Source: a bacterium (lineage in GTDB: Archaea > Thermoplasmatota > E2 > JACPAO01 > JAHFTW01). From it: a stretch of DNA of 64,000 nt. The translations under genes and the position numbers were made by a program. Below are positions 58,450 through 64,000 of this stretch, piece by piece. Location: NCBI GenBank assembly GCA_040390065.1, contig JAZJZE010000011.1, positions 64,001-128,000 of the forward strand. The letters run 5' to 3'. The stretch's first letter is position 1; every line of letters starts with the position of its first letter. The notes beneath the pieces were generated by a model, which worked only from the letters and a program-made list of their open reading frames with translations, was not told the DNA's origin and did not search any database.

Positions 58450-58950
58450 CTATCCATCGAAGGGGCGGACGCCCGGCGGAAGGGTCGAGGAGGCGCCTTC
58501 ATTGCCAGGCGTCATCCTTCTCCCCGTGGCAGGACGCCCGCGGGCGACGGTTTGGCGCCGCTCCGCTGTGGTGCCCGTTACCGGGTTCGTGGACAGGATT
58601 AGGCCGTGAAGTGCATCTGAAAACGTGGCCCCCAGCTCTTCCTGAACCGCACGTACCTCGGGCTCCACTCGGGCTTGGCGGCATTTCGTGCGACCGCTCG
58701 GGTCCAGGCTGCGGCCTTCCCCGGCAAGCCTCTGCACGGCTTCTGGGTCGTCCGCCTGTTTGGAAACGAGCAAGCGTGAGAGCATGCGAAGAGGATTTCG
58801 ATCGGCGGGGACAAGACAGGTCTGGAGCTTTCCCGTTTGGTCCGGCACCAGGCCTGTCAAGGATCCCATCTGTGCTCTCATTAGGTCGAGGGTCACGGCT
58901 GCACGCGGCGTGAGCATGACGGTCACCCGTGGCGAAGGGTTTCGACTCAT
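58450..58950 (-). CDS. Hypothetical protein, possible DNA-binding regulator of the mobile element
   Basis: ATG with GAGG upstream; N-terminal RVTVMLTPRAAVTLDLMR is ribbon-helix-helix-like; divergent from the integrase unit. Confidence 0.5.
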   Translation of the reverse strand: MSRNPSPRVTVMLTPRAAVTLDLMRAQMGSLTGLVPDQTGKLQTCLVPADRNPLRMLSRLLVSKQADDPEAVQRLAGEGRSLDPSGRTKCRQARVEPEVRAVQEELGATFSDALHGLILSTNPVTGTTAERRQTVARGRPATGRRMTPGNEGASSTLPPGVRPFDG

Positions 58951-59074
58951 TTTGCCTCAACATGACAATTCCGTTCGCTGTTTTAGTCGTAAGCCCGGGT
59001 AGAAGCATCATGGGCCCGCGTCGTCCAACCCCTCCGCTCGCCTCTGCAACCGCCAAATTCCTGGAGGAGTCCCC

Positions 59075-59287
59075 ATGATACTCCTGGCCTGGTGGCTCGG
59101 AAAATATGTGGGCGCCCCTGCCCCCAGGAAGAAATTCTCCAAGCGACGCCGAAAGACCGTCCGCGTCCCAGCGGCCGCCAGCCTGCCCGCGGCCGGACCC
59201 GCCGTTCCGGCAATGCCGCCTCCTCCGACGGTGACCCCCGCAGACCCCTCCTCAAGCCAGGCCCCCCGCGGGCAGAAGGAAACCTGA
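59075..59287 (+). CDS. Small basic/Pro-rich hypothetical protein
   Basis: GGAGGAG RBS; its TGA overlaps the integrase ATG. Confidence 0.5.
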   Translation: MILLAWWLGKYVGAPAPRKKFSKRRRKTVRVPAAASLPAAGPAVPAMPPPPTVTPADPSSSQAPRGQKET

Positions 59288-60492
59288 TGCCAACGATGGG
59301 ACTCGGGCTGCAGAAACACCTCATGACGAAGTTCTTGGAACGCCGAGGCATCGACCCCCAAACCGTCGACCTCGATGCCCTCCTTGACGCCTCGTTGTCA
59401 TTCAAAGAGAACCGAGCCAACCTCGCCGCACACCTACAGCTGCCAGGCGATTGGCAGAAATGGGAAGCCGAAGACCGCGCAGACGAAGCGGCCCCTCCGG
59501 CCCAAGTGCAACCGACAGGTTTCGGGGCCTTCGTGCCCCCGCCAAAACCGGTCCACGATCCGTCAGAGCGCGCCGCCTACGCCGGCCTGTCACCCGATGT
59601 AGCGGCCGAGTCCCTAGCCAAGACGATGGCCGAGCGCCGAAGCATTCGCGCCGTCACGCTGCGGCAGAAGACCATCATCCTCCGAGCCATCCTCAAGGAC
59701 CTCGCCCAACGTGGACTCGACCTTGCCACACTAACGCCACCGGACGTCGCGTTGTACCGGGAATACCTGAAGGACCGCGTCACCAGGGGCGACCTTGCAA
59801 CCAGCTCCGCCAGCCACCGCGCGAAGGTCCACAACAGCACGATGCGCCTAGTCTTCGACGACGAAACCCTCACGATGCGCGGATTCGCGGAACACCCGCG
59901 CCTCGTGGACCACCTCACCGAAGCCCAGTTCAGCATGCTGCTAACCGTCATCCACGACTACCCCGCCTTCAACGACCACGACGTCCTGCTGATGATTGCC
60001 TACCTGCATCTCGAATGGAGCATCGGGGCCCGCATCGGCAGCCTCGCCCCAGGACGCCTCGAGGTCGGCGACTTCGACTTCGAAGTCGGCGTCGTGCACC
60101 TGCGCTACATGAAAAACAAGGCCTCCCACACCGCCATCCTCTCCGACACCGCCGTCCGGGAGGCCAAGGAATGGATTGACACCATCAAGGGCGACCCCGC
60201 ATGGAAGGGCGACGCCACCCCATTCTTCATTCATTCCGACGGGAGCCTCGTGCAACCGGCCTGGTTCAACAAACACCTCAAGGCCCTTGGAAAGCTGGCC
60301 GGCATCCAGCAGAAGCTCACCACCCACGTCTTGCGAAAATCGGTCGGCACCATCCTCGCGAAAGTCAATCCGAAGTTCGCCGAGCAGCAACTCGGCACCA
60401 GCAGCCGCGTCTTTCACGAACACTCCAACCAAATGTCCCTTCAAGACCGCCAAGACCTGCGCCACCTCTTGCCCCGGACCGGCCGCGAATGA
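59287..60492 (+). CDS. Tyrosine recombinase/integrase, catalytic Tyr apparently replaced by Ser
   Basis: GARIGSL, MKNK, HVLRKSVGT, QQLG; the expected HY reads HS (TCC at 60424-60426). Confidence 0.82.
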   Translation: MPTMGLGLQKHLMTKFLERRGIDPQTVDLDALLDASLSFKENRANLAAHLQLPGDWQKWEAEDRADEAAPPAQVQPTGFGAFVPPPKPVHDPSERAAYAGLSPDVAAESLAKTMAERRSIRAVTLRQKTIILRAILKDLAQRGLDLATLTPPDVALYREYLKDRVTRGDLATSSASHRAKVHNSTMRLVFDDETLTMRGFAEHPRLVDHLTEAQFSMLLTVIHDYPAFNDHDVLLMIAYLHLEWSIGARIGSLAPGRLEVGDFDFEVGVVHLRYMKNKASHTAILSDTAVREAKEWIDTIKGDPAWKGDATPFFIHSDGSLVQPAWFNKHLKALGKLAGIQQKLTTHVLRKSVGTILAKVNPKFAEQQLGTSSRVFHEHSNQMSLQDRQDLRHLLPRTGRE

Positions 60493-60744
60493 GCTCCCAC
60501 ATGCCGGCCCACTACGACGCCATTACGCTGTGGCGCCACGGCCCCGGCGCGCAAGACGGACACACACACGTGCGGAGGAAGGCCCTTGGGGGTTGATCTT
60601 CGTGCCACGAAGGCAGATGCCAGACGGCTCCTTCCCCCAGGCCACCCGGTGCGCGTCGTCTTGGAGGCCGAACCCGATGTCATCGAAGGTGACGCCACGC
60701 GGCTGGCGATGTTGTTGCGGCTGGTGTTGGCGCACCGCAGCTAG
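60489..60744 (+). pseudogene. Small gene frameshifted at an (AC)5 tract
   Basis: ATG overlaps the integrase stop; one extra AC at 60560-60569 would give an 85-aa product ending at TAG 60742-60744. Confidence 0.45.
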
Positions 60745-62045
60745 GGCATTTCCACGATGACTTGCTTGCCTAGGGTTGCCTTGTACGTCCACCCTTGTTC
60801 GAGCAGGGGAGCCACGTCGCCCAGCGCGACGACTCTTTGGCTGGCCGGGGCACGCGCCTTGGGCTGCCTGACGCCGGTGGCCAGGGCGTCCGTCATGACC
60901 TTCAGGACGGCTTCTTCATTCATGGCGGCCAGGTCCAGGGTGGACAGTTGTTCCGGTGTGGCGCCGCTGGCTCGCAGAAGGCCTTCGGCCAGCTTCCGCA
61001 TGGGATCAGTGGCAGCTTCACGATTGCTCTCCAAGTAGGGAAGTGCTTTGGAGTACCCGGCGCGCATCAATTCGATGCTGTTGGCGGGCAGTCCCTTCTT
61101 GCGGGTACTGTATGTGGCTTGGATTGAGCCGCGGTGTCCCATGAAGAACTTCCTCCATGATTCTAGGAAGCCCTGCGATTCGGCGAGTTGGCAGTGGTGC
61201 GCGTAGTAGGACCGCCACACGTAGGGTCGGCCCTGGACGTTGGCGGTTTGCATGGCGCGCCGGATGGCATCTCCGACATTGTTTCGAAGCATGAAGCGCG
61301 GCTCTCCGCCATAGGGCCGGAACAAGGGGCTGTCGGGGCCGAGGGCCTCGCCCTTCTGAATGCGGGTTCGTAGGTAGGCTCGGATGCGCTCGCAGCCTTC
61401 CAGTCCAAGGAAGAAGAAGAAAGCCTTGCCGCTCTTTGATAGGGAACGTTGTACATCGACTCGAACGGGAACGACGTCGAAGGCTACATCGTCTTCGCTG
61501 AGGACTATGCCTTGAACGTCCCGAAGGCGCAGGCCGTCTTGGCCTTCCTCCTTTCCCAGCACCTGTAGGCGTTGGCCACCTTGCGCGATGATGCAAATCA
61601 TGGCGGCTGTTCGGACCTCGGCTGCGTCCAGCACGCGGCGCAGCGCTGCCTGGTCGGGGATGGTTTCGTTCTCGGCGTTGAGGTAGTCCTCGGCGCCCGG
61701 GATAGCGATGTTGCGATGCAATTCGCGTTGATGCCATTTCAGAAACGAGGTGAGGGTGACGTAGAAGGCTTGCACCGTGGACCCTGCAAGTCCTTTCTTG
61801 AACATGTGGGACACGCAGGCGGCGGCCGTGTCCTCAAGTTGAGATTGCGACATGGACAACAGGTCGATGGGCGTCTTCCCGGTGGCTTGCTCGAGGTTGC
61901 GGCCGAGGCGCCGCAAATAGTCGTCCGCTGTCGCCTGATTCCGCCGGGCGAGGTTCTCGTACCATGTCCGAACCCCCTCATGAGGAAGGAGCTGCATATG
62001 CCAGTGCCGACCCGTCTTGTCGCCGCGGCGAACCACAAACCCCAC
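60741..62045 (-). CDS. Site-specific integrase (tyrosine recombinase, archaeal type)
   Basis: WYENLAR..TADDYLRRL; GGQRLQVLG; LSK; RPYVWRSY; FFMGH..ATY; C-terminal LLEQGWTYKATL; adjacent to tRNA fragment; start may be GTG 62036. Confidence 0.9.
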   Translation of the reverse strand: MGFVVRRGDKTGRHWHMQLLPHEGVRTWYENLARRNQATADDYLRRLGRNLEQATGKTPIDLLSMSQSQLEDTAAACVSHMFKKGLAGSTVQAFYVTLTSFLKWHQRELHRNIAIPGAEDYLNAENETIPDQAALRRVLDAAEVRTAAMICIIAQGGQRLQVLGKEEGQDGLRLRDVQGIVLSEDDVAFDVVPVRVDVQRSLSKSGKAFFFFLGLEGCERIRAYLRTRIQKGEALGPDSPLFRPYGGEPRFMLRNNVGDAIRRAMQTANVQGRPYVWRSYYAHHCQLAESQGFLESWRKFFMGHRGSIQATYSTRKKGLPANSIELMRAGYSKALPYLESNREAATDPMRKLAEGLLRASGATPEQLSTLDLAAMNEEAVLKVMTDALATGVRQPKARAPASQRVVALGDVAPLLEQGWTYKATLGKQVIVEMP

Positions 62046-62083
62046 CAGGCGGGCGGACGGCTTAACAGTTGTGCACTACAAGT

Positions 62084-62105
62084 AGTTCAAATCTGGTCAG
62101 ACCCA
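62084..62105 (+). mobile_element. att site: tRNA 3'-end fragment marking the right island boundary
   Basis: AG-TTCAAAT-CTGGT-CAGACCC-A = T-loop, T-stem 3' strand, acceptor 3' strand and discriminator; the 5' part of the tRNA is absent; ~40 nt from the integrase start. Confidence 0.75.
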
Positions 62106-62107
62106 TT

Positions 62108-62222
62108 CCGAAGCGGGTTTCGTACCGCCCGCTCGCTCGGCCGCTCGCGGGCGGACTGAACCCACTTCGGTCCTCGCGAGGGCACTGGGGGGACGCTGCG
62201 CTCCCCCCATGTCCCTCTCGCG
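62108..62222. repeat. Two adjacent GC-rich stem-loops (REP-like or terminator-like)
   Basis: CCGAAGCGGGTT..CCGCCCGC / GCGGGCGG..AACCCACTTCGG (62108-62170); TGGGGGGA / TCCCCCCA hairpin just downstream. Confidence 0.65.
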
Positions 62223-62350
62223 GACTGGGCCCTCGCGACGCTCGGGCCCAGGCCTCCAAACCTGCGCTCCGCGCCGCCTCCCACGGTTTCTCGTCATGCG
62301 AAGGCGCGTGTCCTCGTGTGCGTGGGCTAGGTGGCCGGATGCGTTGGCAG

Positions 62351-63394
62351 TCAGACCAAGTCTCGCCGGATTCGCCGTGCCGCATCCGCGATTCCTAGGG
62401 CGCATGCGGTGATGCCGGCGGCCGCGATGAGGGCCAGAGTGGCAAGGCTCGTCGCATCGGCGGGGCCTGTTGCCAGGCGCGCGATGAGGTTCAACGGGTC
62501 GCGCGGCAGGAACAGGCTGGCAACGCCGAGTGCGATGGCGACCAGGGCGTACGATGCTTGGACGGGGCCGTCGCGGCGCAAGCGGGCGGCGAGCGAGTAG
62601 CCGATGCCGGTGAGGACGAGCGTGATGGAGGTGCTGAGGGTTGCGAGCAGGGGCAAGTTGGCCACCGGCTGGCCGTTGGCCCAGAGGAGTGCCACCCAGA
62701 GGAGGAACTGCAGCGGCGCCAGCGCTAGCGGGACGAGGAGTTTGCCAAGAAGCAGGCGCGGCACAGAGATGGGCGACGAACGCAGCAGGAGCAAGGTCCG
62801 GCCTTGGATTTCCTGCGTGAAGGCGTCGCCGGCGATGGCGCCGGAGAGGAACACGGGCGTGAGAAGCAGGAGTGGCAGCAGCGTTGCGTACACGAACGGG
62901 TACGGCGCCGGGGAACGGGGCACGTCCTGCGGGAGTTCGACGACGTGCTGCGCCAGCCTGGTCTGGTTGGCCTGCCGCAGGTCGTGCTCGTATTGCTGCA
63001 GCAGGTCACGCATCTGTGTGACGATGAGGGTGGAGCGCAGGTCGCCGTCCGGGACGACGATGGTGATGGTGTGCACGCCGTCGGGGGCGATGCTTTCCTG
63101 CACGACGGCCTCGAAGGCGCCGGCGGCGAAGCCGTGCATCGCGTCGACCGGATTGTTGCGCACGTGAAGGTTGATGGTCGTGTCCATGACCTTGTCGAAG
63201 CCGCCGGGGCCGAGGTAGGCGACGTCGGCGGGGGGGTGGGCCGTGGCCGAGCCGGGGTCGTACAAGGCGAGGAGCCCGACGGTGAGGAAGGCGCTGAAGG
63301 CGGCGATGAAGAACTGCACCAGCACGGCGACGATGATGCTCCGTTCGCGCAGGACGTCGCGCAGTTCCTTGCCGGCGATGGCGCGTAGGCTCAC
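62351..63394 (-). CDS. ABC-2 type transporter permease
   Basis: IAGKELRDVLRER; DAFTQEIQGRTLLLLRSSP..LLLGK; multiple TMs; GTG overlaps the upstream stop. Confidence 0.85.
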   Translation of the reverse strand: MSLRAIAGKELRDVLRERSIIVAVLVQFFIAAFSAFLTVGLLALYDPGSATAHPPADVAYLGPGGFDKVMDTTINLHVRNNPVDAMHGFAAGAFEAVVQESIAPDGVHTITIVVPDGDLRSTLIVTQMRDLLQQYEHDLRQANQTRLAQHVVELPQDVPRSPAPYPFVYATLLPLLLLTPVFLSGAIAGDAFTQEIQGRTLLLLRSSPISVPRLLLGKLLVPLALAPLQFLLWVALLWANGQPVANLPLLATLSTSITLVLTGIGYSLAARLRRDGPVQASYALVAIALGVASLFLPRDPLNLIARLATGPADATSLATLALIAAAGITACALGIADAARRIRRDLV

Positions 63395-64000
63395 AGTCCG
63401 CCTCCTGCTGCCAGGACGGTGACGTTGTAGGCGGTGTGCAGGACGCAGGCCGACAGCCAGGCGAGGGCGGGCCACCCACGGCCCTTCCCGACGCCGAGGC
63501 CGGCGAGGGCGGCCGCGGCGGCGTGCAGCAGGAGAGGGGCGACCAGCAGGGTCAGGCCGCCTTGTGCACCAAGGAGCCGCAACGTAGGTCCCCCGAGGTC
63601 CAAGCCGCCGAATCCAGCCAGGCCGACGAGGAGGGCGAGTTTCTCGCCGACGAAGAAGCCGGCGCCGACCAGGAGTCCTGCCTGCCAGCCCGGTCGCCGT
63701 CGCTGTGACGAGGTGGCGAGGAGCTTGAGGGACTCCTCGAGAAACGCCGCGCCCATGATGAAGGCAGGGAAAGCGGCCTTGAGGCCCAACGGGATGAACA
63801 GGGCGAGGACGAAGAGTTCGAGTGCCAAGGCGAATGGGACGGCGAGTGCTCCTGCGAGAAGCAGGCCGCGGCGCGTTGCGGTCCAGCGACCGACTGCCGC
63901 GCGCAGTTTGGCGCCGAGATGCATTTGCGAGAACAGGGTCTGCTCGTTGTAGAGGCCGAACCCGACGAAGGCGAGTGCCGTCGCCGCCAACGCGAGCGGC
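63391..64000 (-). CDS. Partial PrsW-family intramembrane metalloprotease domain (probably ABC permease-PrsW fusion)
   Basis: AFLEESLK, GAGFFVGEK, LLLH, LHTAYN; frame open to the window end. Confidence 0.8.
   Translation of the reverse strand, partial: PLALAATALAFVGFGLYNEQTLFSQMHLGAKLRAAVGRWTATRRGLLLAGALAVPFALALELFVLALFIPLGLKAAFPAFIMGAAFLEESLKLLATSSQRRRPGWQAGLLVGAGFFVGEKLALLVGLAGFGGLDLGGPTLRLLGAQGGLTLLVAPLLLHAAAAALAGLGVGKGRGWPALAWLSACVLHTAYNVTVLAAGGGL

Noticed and set aside
62030-62110. Complete tRNA gene
   Set aside because: Only the T-loop and acceptor 3' strand are present; the upstream sequence cannot form the acceptor 5' strand, D arm or anticodon arm.

Overview
This is a GC-rich window, most likely from an archaeon (Thermoplasmatota-like). 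That assignment is inferred from the ABC-permease/PrsW gene pair, the archaeal-type integrase, a tandem wHTH regulator and a secreted protein with a C-terminal TM+basic anchor. Positions 1 to ~62105 look like the right part of a large genomic island, ending at a tRNA 3'-end fragment (att site, 62084-62105) beside two tyrosine recombinases; core-genome genes follow. The island carries four things. (i) Secreted/surface proteins, including a 2824-aa signal-peptide/FN3/RHS polymorphic toxin with a candidate immunity gene. (ii) An apparently complete, tightly coupled extracellular contractile injection system (eCIS, 25452-47366, minus strand, no capsid or terminase). It is bracketed by three peptidoglycan-directed genes: PGBD-HExxH peptidase, DUF4157-OmpA-like and PGBD-phage-tail lysozyme. 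This suggests an antibacterial weapon in a host that probably lacks peptidoglycan. (iii) A four-gene operon (GT-A glycosyltransferase, hexapeptide acyltransferase, NDT/TIR-like protein, SLATT membrane effector), flanked by a HEPN remnant and a GIY-YIG nuclease. It is a candidate undescribed defence system. (iv) Several decay or slippage scars. All domain calls come from motif recognition by eye; no searches were run.
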